A stretch of DNA of 64,000 nt from Desulfobacterales bacterium (GTDB lineage Bacteria > Desulfobacterota > Desulfobacteria > Desulfobacterales > UBA5852), in NCBI GenBank assembly GCA_963674755.2, contig CAXXVS010000003.1:512001-576000 (forward strand), read 5' to 3'. Under the pieces are notes generated by a model. It searched no databases. It was not told the origin of the DNA and worked only from the letters and a program-made list of their open reading frames with translations. Of the stretch, positions 51,498 to 60,197 are shown piece after piece. Numbering within the stretch: position 1 is the stretch's first letter; each line of letters opens with the position of its first letter. A program made the translations under genes and the position numbers.

Positions 51498-53081
51498 TTA
51501 CGCCTTGAGGTTTTCCAATGTCTCCATCACCTGTTCGCGTTCTACCGTATCGCTCACGAAGACATCGCCGATGGCGCGGAGCAGAATAAATCGTATGCGG
51601 CCCGAGGCCGCCTTTTTGTCCCGCCGCATGGCCTCGTAGACCCGGAACAAATCGATGTGAGCCGGAATGCGAACGGGTAGCCCGGCATCGACCAGAACCG
51701 GCTTTAGGCGCTCCTGTAGCTCCGGCGCGCAATGGCCCAGACGGGCCGACAGACTGGCGGCCGCCACCAGTCCCATGGCCACGGCCTCCCCATGGCGGAT
51801 GGTGTGTTCGCAGACCTGCTCGATGGCGTGGGCGAAGGTGTGCCCCAGGTTGAGCAGGTTGCGGCGTCCGCGGTCAAAGGGGTCTTCTTGCACAATCCTG
51901 ATTTTGACCTGAATGGCTTGGGCTACCAGGGCCTGCAGATCCGGCAGGGGCGGCACCAGGGTCCCGGCTTCCCGGGCCCAGCTGCCGCCCTCGATTTGGG
52001 CGAACAGGGCCGCGTCATCGATCAGACTGTGTTTGATCACTTCCGCCATGCCGGAAGAAAATTCCTCCGGTGAAAGACTTTGCAGGGTGGCCACATCAGC
52101 GATCACCGCGGTGGGCTGCTTGAAGGCGCCCACCAGGTTCTTGCCCTGGGGAAGATTGATGCCGGCCTTGCCGCCGATGCTCGTATCCACCATGGCCAGC
52201 AGGCTTGTGGGGCAATGGACCAGGTCCACCCCCCGCATGTAGACCGCCGCCACGAATCCGGCCAGGCCGCTGATGACCGACCCCCCCAGGCCGATGATGG
52301 TGCCGTTGCGCTCGAAGCCTTTTTCGATCAGCTGTTCGCAGATGGACTGCACCATGGTAAGCGTTTTATGCTGCTGTCCGGGGGGCACTTGGATAACCGC
52401 ATCGACCGGACCGCAGCTTTGTGCGTACAAAGGCCCGGTGTTGGTGTCCGTGATGATCGCCACGGGGCCGGCGATGCCCGCCAGATTCTTCACAAAGGGC
52501 AGCAGGCCGCCGCCGACGATATACTCGTAGTGTTTGCCGGCCCCGGTGATCGACACGCGCTGGTCCGGGTTGGCCTGAAAGAGGCCGATCAGGTTATTGG
52601 TGACCGCGTCGGGCGTTTTTTCGGATGTCACCATCTGGGGGAACTGGCCGTAGTCTTCCTGGCGCTGCTGCATCAGCTCGACGATGCGTTCCATGGGATC
52701 GGGCACTGCCAGCAGGGGCCGCTCATGAGTGGTGTCTCTGGAGACCCTGTCCAGGATTTCTTCCGGGGTGGCCACCAGGCAAAAGACGCGCCCCGTGCGG
52801 CTAAGCGCCGCGGCGTTGCCCGGATCCAGCATCAGGCGCCCGCCGGTGGAGATCACCACTCCCTGCCGGTCGGCCAGTTCGCGGGCCACCGCGCCCTCCA
52901 TTTCGCGGAAGGCCACTTCCCCCATTTCCTGGAAGATTTCCGGAACGGTCTTGCCGGCCCGCTCCTGGATCAGTTCATCCGTATCGACGAAAGCGTAGTC
53001 CAGCTGCTGGGCCAGCTTCTTGCCCACGGTGGTTTTGCCGGTCCCCATGAAGCCGGTCAAAACGATATTGGGTCTGTCCAT
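51498..53081 (-). CDS. Shikimate kinase / 3-dehydroquinate synthase fusion (AroK-AroB)
   Basis: N-terminal GFMGTGKTT, DTD, GEVAFR, STGG, RPLL; C-terminal DTSIGGK, KNLVGAF, NLGHTFAHA, HGEAV, DKK. Confidence 0.9.
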   Translation of the reverse strand: MDRPNIVLTGFMGTGKTTVGKKLAQQLDYAFVDTDELIQERAGKTVPEIFQEMGEVAFREMEGAVARELADRQGVVISTGGRLMLDPGNAAALSRTGRVFCLVATPEEILDRVSRDTTHERPLLAVPDPMERIVELMQQRQEDYGQFPQMVTSEKTPDAVTNNLIGLFQANPDQRVSITGAGKHYEYIVGGGLLPFVKNLAGIAGPVAIITDTNTGPLYAQSCGPVDAVIQVPPGQQHKTLTMVQSICEQLIEKGFERNGTIIGLGGSVISGLAGFVAAVYMRGVDLVHCPTSLLAMVDTSIGGKAGINLPQGKNLVGAFKQPTAVIADVATLQSLSPEEFSSGMAEVIKHSLIDDAALFAQIEGGSWAREAGTLVPPLPDLQALVAQAIQVKIRIVQEDPFDRGRRNLLNLGHTFAHAIEQVCEHTIRHGEAVAMGLVAAASLSARLGHCAPELQERLKPVLVDAGLPVRIPAHIDLFRVYEAMRRDKKAASGRIRFILLRAIGDVFVSDTVEREQVMETLENLKA

Positions 53082-53154
53082 AGCGTTCAATCCCTTCGGG
53101 CCGAATTTGTCAAAGGTGGTCTCCGGGTTTGCTTGGGGAGGGTCGGTCGATACA

Positions 53155-54177
53155 TCAGCATCCCGGCAATTCGCGCAACTCCGCCAGGGGGATGTCGGTG
53201 ACGATGCAATTCCCCAGACCATTCAGCAGCACGAAATGCACGCTCTCCTTTTCCCGCTTTTTGTCTTTGCCCAGGGCTTCCAGAACCGCCTTCTGGTCGA
53301 AGGTTTTGCGCAGCGGCAACCCCAGCTGGGCCAGCAAGTCTTGCAGCCGCTGCTCCTCGTGAGCGGTGATCAGACCGCGCCGCCGGGAAAGACGGGCCGC
53401 CAAGACCATACCGATACTGACCGCCTGGCCGTGGGGCACGCCAGTCACTTTTTCGACGGCATGCCCGAAGGTATGGCCGAAATTGAGTTTGCGGCGCTCC
53501 CCGGCTTCCTTCTCATCGTGGTTGACGATGGTGGACTTGATGACCAGCGAGTCATAGACGAGACGTTCGATAACCTCCCGGTCGAGGGCCAGGGCCAGGG
53601 GGGCGTTTTGCTCCAGATAGGCGAACATGTCGGCGTCGGCAATGGCGGCATGTTTGACAATTTCGGCCAAGCCGCATTGCCGCTGTTCTTCCGGCAGGGA
53701 GGGCAGCATTTCCAGATCGCAGAGGACGAAGTCGGGTTGATTGAACGTGCCCACCATGTTTTTATAGCCGCCGAAGTTCACCCCGTTTTTGCCGCCCACA
53801 CTGGCGTCCACCTGGGCCAGAAGGGTGGTGGCCACAAATCCGAAGCGTACCCCCCGCATGTAGGTCGAGGCCACAAAGCCGGTGATGTCGCAGACGATGC
53901 CGCCTCCGATCCCTACGATGCAGCAGGAGCGGTCGGCCTCAAGCTGCATCAGTTCATCGTAGATCCGAGTCACCGTATCGAGGGTCTTGATCGTCTCCCC
54001 GGAGCCGATGGTGATCACATGGCCGGCAGGGAACTGGTCGGCGTAATGCCGGTGCACGTTTTCATCCGTGATGATGATGGGCGGCCGACTTGGCAGATGA
54101 CGGGATAAATGGCGCAGGGGCTCCCCCACCAATAAGGTGGACGAGCCCGAAGCCCCCTGGATCTGGAGCTGCTTCAT
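53155..54177 (-). CDS. aroB: 3-dehydroquinate synthase
   Basis: GETIK, GGGIVCDITGF, QVDASVGGKNG, KNMVGTF, AEIVK, LNFGHTFGHA, HGQAV. Confidence 0.93.
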   Translation of the reverse strand: MKQLQIQGASGSSTLLVGEPLRHLSRHLPSRPPIIITDENVHRHYADQFPAGHVITIGSGETIKTLDTVTRIYDELMQLEADRSCCIVGIGGGIVCDITGFVASTYMRGVRFGFVATTLLAQVDASVGGKNGVNFGGYKNMVGTFNQPDFVLCDLEMLPSLPEEQRQCGLAEIVKHAAIADADMFAYLEQNAPLALALDREVIERLVYDSLVIKSTIVNHDEKEAGERRKLNFGHTFGHAVEKVTGVPHGQAVSIGMVLAARLSRRRGLITAHEEQRLQDLLAQLGLPLRKTFDQKAVLEALGKDKKREKESVHFVLLNGLGNCIVTDIPLAELRELPGC

Positions 54178-54247
54178 AAGAACGAAACCCTTTTTATCAT
54201 GTGGTCCGGGACGGCGCCCGGCATCGGCGATGAAGAACTTACCGGCA

Positions 54248-55327
54248 TCAGGAGGCCCGGTCGAACTGATCCGCCCGGACCTGCTTGAGCTTGGCATGGG
54301 CGCTGAGCACCAGTTCTTCGGTGCTTTCCCAGGAGATGCATTCGTCGGTGATGGAGACGCCATACTTCAGGGCATCGCGGTCGCCGCTGAATTTCTGATT
54401 GCCTTCGTGCAGATTGCTCTCCAGCATGAGACCGATGAGCGCTTCGCTGCCGTTGACCACCTGATCGATGACATTCCGCCAGACGATGGCCTGGCCCTGA
54501 TATTTCTTGTGACTGTTGGCATGGGAGCAATCCACGATCACCGCTTCGGGCAACCCCTTGGTGATCAGCATCAGGCGCGCTTCTTCGATGCTGATGGGAT
54601 CGTAGTTGGGCCGGCTGCCCCCACGCAATACGATGTGGCCATAAGGGTTGCCGCCGGTCTTGACGATGCAGGTCCGGCCGTCCTGGTCGATGCCCAGAAA
54701 GGTCTGGGCGGCGTGGGCCGCCACGAGTGCGTTGATGGCCGTGGACAGGTTGCCGTCCGTGCCGTTCTTGAAGCCCACCGGCATGGAAAGCCCCGAGGCC
54801 ATTTCCCGGTGGGTCTGGGATTCGGTGGTGCGTGCCCCGATGGCTGACCAGCAGACGACGTCGGCGATGTATTGGGGGATGATCGGTTCCAACATTTCGC
54901 TGGCCGTGGGCAGACCCATTTCCGCGATTTGCATCATCAGGCGGCGGGCCTTGAACAGTCCGGCATTCATGTCGCAGCTGCCGTCCAGCTCGGGGTCGCT
55001 GATCAAACCTTTCCACCCCACCGTGGTGCGGGGCTTTTCGAAATAGACCCGCATGACGAGGAAGAAGGTGTCCCGGACCTTGTCTTTCAGTTCCACCAGA
55101 CGTTGCGCATAGTCCAAGGCGGCCTTCTCGTCGTGGATGGAGCAGGGACCCACGATGGCCAGGAGGCGTTTGTCTTCCCTGTTGATAATGCGCTGGATGG
55201 TTTCACGCCCACCGATAACGGTTTGGCTGGCCTTGGCCGATAACGGCAGCTGTTGTTTGAGTTCCCGCGGGGGCATCAAGGGCAGGTAGTCCCTTACGCG
55301 GACGTCTTCGATGCGTGGCGCTGGCAT
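54248..55327 (-). CDS. DAHP synthase, class I-alpha (AroF/G/H family)
   Basis: VGPCSIHD, MRVYFEKPRTTVGWKG, IGARTTESQTHRE, GFKNGTDG, DCSHANS, GVSITDECI. Confidence 0.96.
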   Translation of the reverse strand: MPAPRIEDVRVRDYLPLMPPRELKQQLPLSAKASQTVIGGRETIQRIINREDKRLLAIVGPCSIHDEKAALDYAQRLVELKDKVRDTFFLVMRVYFEKPRTTVGWKGLISDPELDGSCDMNAGLFKARRLMMQIAEMGLPTASEMLEPIIPQYIADVVCWSAIGARTTESQTHREMASGLSMPVGFKNGTDGNLSTAINALVAAHAAQTFLGIDQDGRTCIVKTGGNPYGHIVLRGGSRPNYDPISIEEARLMLITKGLPEAVIVDCSHANSHKKYQGQAIVWRNVIDQVVNGSEALIGLMLESNLHEGNQKFSGDRDALKYGVSITDECISWESTEELVLSAHAKLKQVRADQFDRAS

Positions 55328-55457
55328 GGCTGGTTTCCTTTCGGGGTGGTTGCCTGGGCAACGGGTAAGAAATAAGGTTTTGTTCATCACCTTGCCGGTT
55401 AACCGCGCGGGACTAAAAAGGCCGTGGAGCGCCTCGATCGCCACGGCCTAATGAAAC

Positions 55458-55493
55458 AAAAAAAACCGCGGCGTTCGGTCCGCCAGCGGTTTT
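55458..55493 (-). terminator. Attenuator terminator hairpin
   Basis: Minus strand AAAACCGCTGGCG-GACCGAA-CGCCGCGG-TTTTTTTT. Confidence 0.88.
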
Positions 55494-55513
55494 GAAAATC
55501 GTATGTCAGGTTT

Positions 55514-55591
55514 TCAGCACACCGCGGGCAGACCGGCGTAAAAATAATAATAGCCGAAATAAAAATAGAATTTGCCCGTTACGTTTTGCAT
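55514..55591 (-). CDS. Phe/Tyr-rich attenuator leader peptide MQNVTGKFYFYFGYYYFYAGLPAVC (25 aa)
   Basis: Hand translation; 10 of 11 consecutive codons are Phe (4) or Tyr (6); lies directly upstream of the terminator and DAHP synthase. Confidence 0.92.
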   Translation of the reverse strand: MQNVTGKFYFYFGYYYFYAGLPAVC

Positions 55592-55618
55592 GCTGGTTTC
55601 CTATGATTGCTTTGGCAT

Positions 55619-55647
55619 ACGATAACGGGGGCGGGATGGATTGTCAA
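55619..55647 (-). promoter_or_regulatory. sigma70 promoter of the aro leader
   Basis: Minus strand TTGACA-N17-TATCGT, 28 nt before the leader ATG. Confidence 0.75.
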
Positions 55648-55710
55648 GGGGCATCTTGGCGTTGGCCTGCAAACGCGCCGATGGCCAATCTCTGGCCGGG
55701 ACCGGGGATG

Positions 55711-56808
55711 CTATAGTTCGCGAATGAGGGCCTTCAACGTTTCGAGCTGCGAGGGCTTCAGATCGTCGAAGGAGACCTCGATGCCTCTGGGGTTGCGGCC
55801 CACGATGATGCCCGACAGCATGAGGGTGGTTTGGGTGCGGGGGTCGGTGATGTTCAGCATCAGCTCTTCGCCCTTGGTGAATGGCTCCGAGGTTTCCAGA
55901 AAGATGCCGTCTATCCGGATAGCACGGCTTGCGGTTGAATAGGAGGCATCTTCGGTGTCGTATTCCACCAACAATTCAGGCCGGGGTTTTTCCGACACGG
56001 TTTCACCTGCCGCGACCATGACGCTGGCCGGTTGATGGGCTTCGATCCCGGGACCGAGCTTGAGAACGATGACGGTGATGTTGTCATCCCCGCCGCGTTC
56101 GTTGGCCATTTCGGTCAGTTTGCGGCAGGATTCTTCAGGCGTGGCGCTGCTATCGACGATTTCATAGATTTCTTCCGGGAAAGCCTTGTCGCTCAGACCG
56201 TCCGAGCAGATGACAAGCACATCTCCTTCCTGGAAAAGGATTTCCGTCGTGTCGGGATTTACCGTTTCGTGGATACCCATGGCCCGTGTAATCATATGGA
56301 GGTATTGCTGGCCGAGTTTGAGACCGCCTTCCGGGGCCAGAGCCTCCTGCTCGGCCATGACCGTGTGCAGGGAGGAAACGATTTCGGCGCGCCCTCCCCG
56401 CACCAGGAAGACCGGGCTGTCGCCCACATTGCTGACAATGGCATGGGTGTCGCTGAAGTAGACCGCCGACACGGTCGATCCCATCCCTTTGCAGCTCTTG
56501 TCATTCTGGGCATATTCATAGGTTTTCAGGTTGGCCCGGCGGATGGCGTAAACCAGCTGGTTGGCCTGGGAGGAGAGGTTGCGGTCGACGCCCACCATCT
56601 GGTCGGGATTTTCGGCCGAGACCAATTTTTGCATGGTCTTGCGGATGGTGTCCACCACCAGGCGGCTGGCGACCTCACCGGCTTTGCGGCCCCCCATTCC
56701 GTCCGCCACCACGTAAAGTTGGAGTTGTTCGTCGATCAGAAAAGCGTCTTCATTGCCCTTCCGTTTTTGGCCCACATCCGTTTGCCCGGCGGCGACAACC
56801 GTTATCAT
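55711..56808 (-). CDS. PP2C-type Ser/Thr phosphatase with C-terminal PilZ-like domain
   Basis: TDVG..NED, VADGMGG, MGST, NVGDS, CSDGL, GGDDNIT; PilZ-like call is weaker. Confidence 0.88.
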   Translation of the reverse strand: MITVVAAGQTDVGQKRKGNEDAFLIDEQLQLYVVADGMGGRKAGEVASRLVVDTIRKTMQKLVSAENPDQMVGVDRNLSSQANQLVYAIRRANLKTYEYAQNDKSCKGMGSTVSAVYFSDTHAIVSNVGDSPVFLVRGGRAEIVSSLHTVMAEQEALAPEGGLKLGQQYLHMITRAMGIHETVNPDTTEILFQEGDVLVICSDGLSDKAFPEEIYEIVDSSATPEESCRKLTEMANERGGDDNITVIVLKLGPGIEAHQPASVMVAAGETVSEKPRPELLVEYDTEDASYSTASRAIRIDGIFLETSEPFTKGEELMLNITDPRTQTTLMLSGIIVGRNPRGIEVSFDDLKPSQLETLKALIREL

Positions 56809-56885
56809 CGGGCGGCCTCATCGGAAATATGAAAGGGGGTATTTCTCTCGGTTGCCGGTTTCCGGAGCATCATCATCCAATCGCC

Positions 56886-58181
56886 TTATCGGGTTTTAGA
56901 TCCGCTTTCGAAAGCCGAACTTTTTTCCAGCCGATAGGAAAGGGTGCGGGCAAAATTCTTGAAAAACAATAGCTGGACTGCCTCCGGGGCTTTGTCCATG
57001 AGGGTGGCGCTGATTTTCATCAGCAGACAATTGGTATGGGCCGTGGCCGAGGCCACCCGTGCCTTGCCGGCAATGTAGGCCATTTCGCCAAAACACTCGC
57101 CGGCTCGGATTTTGGCGATGACCTTGCCATTTTTGCGGATTTTGACCTTGCCGTTGAGCAGGATGTAGAAGGTGTCGTCGATGTCGCCTTCGGTTACGAT
57201 CACTTTGCCTTCCGGCACCTTGATGATGCTGCTGGCAAGCCCCAGGCTCTCGATTTGCTCCCGGGTGAAGTTGTGAAAGAAGGGAACCTGGCAGAGCAGG
57301 TCGATAATGTCCTCGACTTTTTTATCCCCCTTGGGAAGCATGATCCCCCGCAGGGCGACCCGCAGGTCGTAGGCCAGGTCCATACAGGAGGCATAGCGCT
57401 GCTCCAGGCTCTTGGCCAGGGCCCGGCGCATGATTTTATCGAAGATTTCCGGCAGGTCGGGGCGCAGCTCTCTTATGGGCACCGGGTTTTCGCGCGTGAT
57501 TTTGTAGATGATGGCAAAATCGTTCTCACCGCTGAAGGCCCGTTGGCCGGTGAGCAGTTCATACATGACGCAGCCCAGAGAGAAGATATCGCTCTGGTGG
57601 GTGGTGGTTTCTTCCTTGAGCTGCTCCGGCGACATATAGCTGGGGGTTCCCCAGATACCCTTTTCGGGGTCCTGTTTGGAGATGCGGGCGATGCCGAAAT
57701 CGGCCAATTTCGGCGTGCCGTGTTTGTCCAGCATGATATTCGAAGGCTTGATATCCCGGTGAATGACGCCCTGCTGATGGGCATAGTGCAGGGCGCTGGC
57801 GACCTTGAAAATGATCTCGATGCACTGGTCCAGGGGCAGGAGATTTTCGGGGCGGCATCTCCTTTTCAGGGTTTCGCCCTCGACGAACTCCATGATGATG
57901 TAGCAGAATTCCTTGTAGAGGCCGGTATCGTAGATCGCCAGAATGTTGGGGTGGCTGAGGCGTCCGGCCGACTGGGCTTCCAGGAAAAGTTTTTTGCGCG
58001 ACTGGCTGGAAATACCCTGGGAGATCTTGAGGGCCACCTGGCGCTGGATGTAGGCATCGCGGGCCAGGTAGACCACACCGGAGCCGCCCTGCCCGAGCTT
58101 GCGGATAATCTTGTACCGGCCCATGCTCTGGGTGTCCATCAGGCCGGATATGAATTTTTCATGTACCGAGGATTTGGCCAC
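56886..58181 (-). CDS. Hanks-type Ser/Thr kinase with C-terminal cNMP-binding domain
   Basis: GQGGSGVV, VALK, HRDIKPSN, DFG, GTPSYMSPE, DIFSLG; GECFGEM..ARVASA. Confidence 0.93.
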   Translation of the reverse strand: MAKSSVHEKFISGLMDTQSMGRYKIIRKLGQGGSGVVYLARDAYIQRQVALKISQGISSQSRKKLFLEAQSAGRLSHPNILAIYDTGLYKEFCYIIMEFVEGETLKRRCRPENLLPLDQCIEIIFKVASALHYAHQQGVIHRDIKPSNIMLDKHGTPKLADFGIARISKQDPEKGIWGTPSYMSPEQLKEETTTHQSDIFSLGCVMYELLTGQRAFSGENDFAIIYKITRENPVPIRELRPDLPEIFDKIMRRALAKSLEQRYASCMDLAYDLRVALRGIMLPKGDKKVEDIIDLLCQVPFFHNFTREQIESLGLASSIIKVPEGKVIVTEGDIDDTFYILLNGKVKIRKNGKVIAKIRAGECFGEMAYIAGKARVASATAHTNCLLMKISATLMDKAPEAVQLLFFKNFARTLSYRLEKSSAFESGSKTR

Positions 58182-58347
58182 GCTCTGCCTGCCTCTTTAG
58201 CGATCCATGCCGAAAGGTTTCAACATAACTGTATAGCATACCATATTTCATGCATGGCCAACAGCTTTTTGGTGGCTAGGCGGGGCGCTTTTTAGCCGGC
58301 TGGCCGGCCGGCAGGATGGGGAGGGATCGCGGCGGTCGAGACCGCGG

Positions 58348-59385
58348 TTAAACATTGAACCGGAAGTTGATGATATCCCCGTCTTGGACTTCGTATTGCT
58401 TGCCTTCCAGGCGGGTCGTGCCCAGTTTGCGGGCTTCGGCATAGCTGCCGGCGGCCATCAGGTCGTCGTAGGCCAGCACTTCCGCCCGGATGAAACCCTT
58501 CTTGATGTCGGAGTGAATCACTTCGGCCGCGTCCACGGCCGGTGTGGCGCAGCGGATGGTCCAGGCCCGCACCTCGTCTTCGCCCACAGTGAAAAAAGAA
58601 ATCAGACCCAGCAGGGCATAGGAACGTTGGATGATGCGGTCGGCCGCGGCCGCACCCACCCCGAATTCCTCCTGAAATTCGGCCGCCTCCTCGGGGGTCA
58701 TGCGAGCCAGTTCCTGTTCGAGCTTGCCGCGGATGACCATGGTATCGGCCGTTGCCAGCGCCTTGTCGAGCGTGGGCAGTCCGTCGTCTTCGTCGGCGTT
58801 GTTGAACAGGGCCAGCTGGGGCTTGGCGGACAGAAACGCAAAACCCCGCAGTTTGTGGGCCGTGGCAAGCTCGGGGTCTTCCCGCAGGGGGCGCTCGTTT
58901 TCCAGGAGCGCGTGGCAGCGGTTGAGCAGAGCCAGTTCTTCCGGATCGGGTTTCTTGCCCCGTTTCTGATCCAGTTCGAGCCTTTCCAGCCGTTTTTCCA
59001 CCACGATCAGGTCTTCGAAAATCAAATCCTGGTCGATCTTGCGGTAATCCTCGCAGGGGTTGGGCGCCTGGCTGCCGAACAGGTCGAAGTTGCGCACACA
59101 ATGAATCAGGGCATCGCAGTCCCGCACCTGGGTCCAGAAGGGCTGTTCACCGGCACGCTTCTCCCGGCTCTGGGGCTGGCCGGCCGGCAGGAAGTATTCC
59201 ACCTGGGCATAGATGGTCTTGCGGGGGTTGTACATCCCGCTGAGGGTATCCACCCGCTTGTCCGGTACACGGATGGTGCCGATGTGGGGTTCCGTCCGGG
59301 CGCCGGGGTTTAGTTCGGCGCCGGTCAGGGCTTCGAAAACAGTGGCCTTGCCGGCCTGCTCCAGGCCGATGATGCCCAGCTTCAT
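58348..59385 (-). CDS. YchF-like Obg-family NTPase with C-terminal TGS/DUF933 domain; nucleotide motifs atypical
   Basis: VPDKRVD.L, SFFTVGEDEVRAWTI, IHSDIKKGFIRAEV, RLEGKQYEVQDGDII.FRFNV. Confidence 0.85.
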   Translation of the reverse strand: MKLGIIGLEQAGKATVFEALTGAELNPGARTEPHIGTIRVPDKRVDTLSGMYNPRKTIYAQVEYFLPAGQPQSREKRAGEQPFWTQVRDCDALIHCVRNFDLFGSQAPNPCEDYRKIDQDLIFEDLIVVEKRLERLELDQKRGKKPDPEELALLNRCHALLENERPLREDPELATAHKLRGFAFLSAKPQLALFNNADEDDGLPTLDKALATADTMVIRGKLEQELARMTPEEAAEFQEEFGVGAAAADRIIQRSYALLGLISFFTVGEDEVRAWTIRCATPAVDAAEVIHSDIKKGFIRAEVLAYDDLMAAGSYAEARKLGTTRLEGKQYEVQDGDIINFRFNV

Positions 59386-59387
59386 AT

Positions 59388-59526
59388 CGTGTCCTTTTCA
59401 GAAATGGTCTTTGTATCCTGATCGGCGTTCTCCGCGGGTTTTCGGCTGCGGCGGACCTGCGGATGCCTCTCCGTAATTGGGTGGCCTTGATCAGAATCAA
59501 AAATCCTCATTTCTGAAAAGGACACG
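59388..59526 (-). repeat. 19-bp perfect inverted repeat closing a long leader hairpin that covers the YchF-like RBS
   Basis: CGTGTCCTTTTCAGAAATG (59388-59406) and CATTTCTGAAAAGGACACG (59508-59526). Confidence 0.85.
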
Positions 59527-59609
59527 CGCGCGCCCGCTTGATTTAGGGAGGAGCACGCCTTCTGCGGAGGTACGTAAAGGTGGCCTTTTAACGTAATTGT
59601 TGCCGGGGA

Positions 59610-60185
59610 TCAAGATCGAAGCTTGTGCAGCAGCCAGGCCATGTTGCGGCCCAGGGTCTCCATGGTCTGGAGGCCTTCGCTGTCCGCTGCGGCATCGCCC
59701 CGGTCCAGGCCGAAACCGATGTTCCAATAGCTTGCCCCCGGCACGATCATCTGGCCGATGAGGAAGAAGTGGTTCATGCTGTCGAAAGCGTGGATGGCGC
59801 CCGCCCGGCGCACGGCCACCACGGCGGCGCCGACCTTGCGACGGAACATGTCGCCGTTGGCCTTGGCGACCATTCCGGCCCGGTCGATGAGCGCTTTCAT
59901 CTCGGTGCTGACGTCGGCGAAGTAGGTCGGAGAACCCAACAGGATGCCATCGGCAGTCTCCATACGGGCAATGCATTCATTCAGAAAATCCGTGTCCACG
60001 CTGCAGCGGCGATTTTTTTCGCGATGGCATTTCATGCAAGCGATGCAGCCCTGGATGGACTTGCCGGCCAGGTCGATGGTGGAGGTTTGAATGCCTTCCT
60101 GATCGAGAACGTCGGTTACGGTTTTGAGGAGGAGGGCTGTATTGCCCTTGCGGCGGGCGCTGCCGTTAAAGGCGACAACATTCAT
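59610..60185 (-). CDS. Iron-sulfur flavoprotein (Isf / NADPH-dependent FMN reductase family)
   Basis: NGSARRKGNT, CIACMKC..C, LGSPTYF, KALIDR, RRAG. Confidence 0.9.
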   Translation of the reverse strand: MNVVAFNGSARRKGNTALLLKTVTDVLDQEGIQTSTIDLAGKSIQGCIACMKCHREKNRRCSVDTDFLNECIARMETADGILLGSPTYFADVSTEMKALIDRAGMVAKANGDMFRRKVGAAVVAVRRAGAIHAFDSMNHFFLIGQMIVPGASYWNIGFGLDRGDAAADSEGLQTMETLGRNMAWLLHKLRS

Positions 60186-60197
60186 TTTGAGATCCTT

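Noticed and set aside
59382..59612. Frame stays open for 75 codons past the flavoprotein TGA (selenocysteine or readthrough)
   Set aside because: The protein is already full length, no SECIS-like hairpin is evident, and such runs are common at high GC
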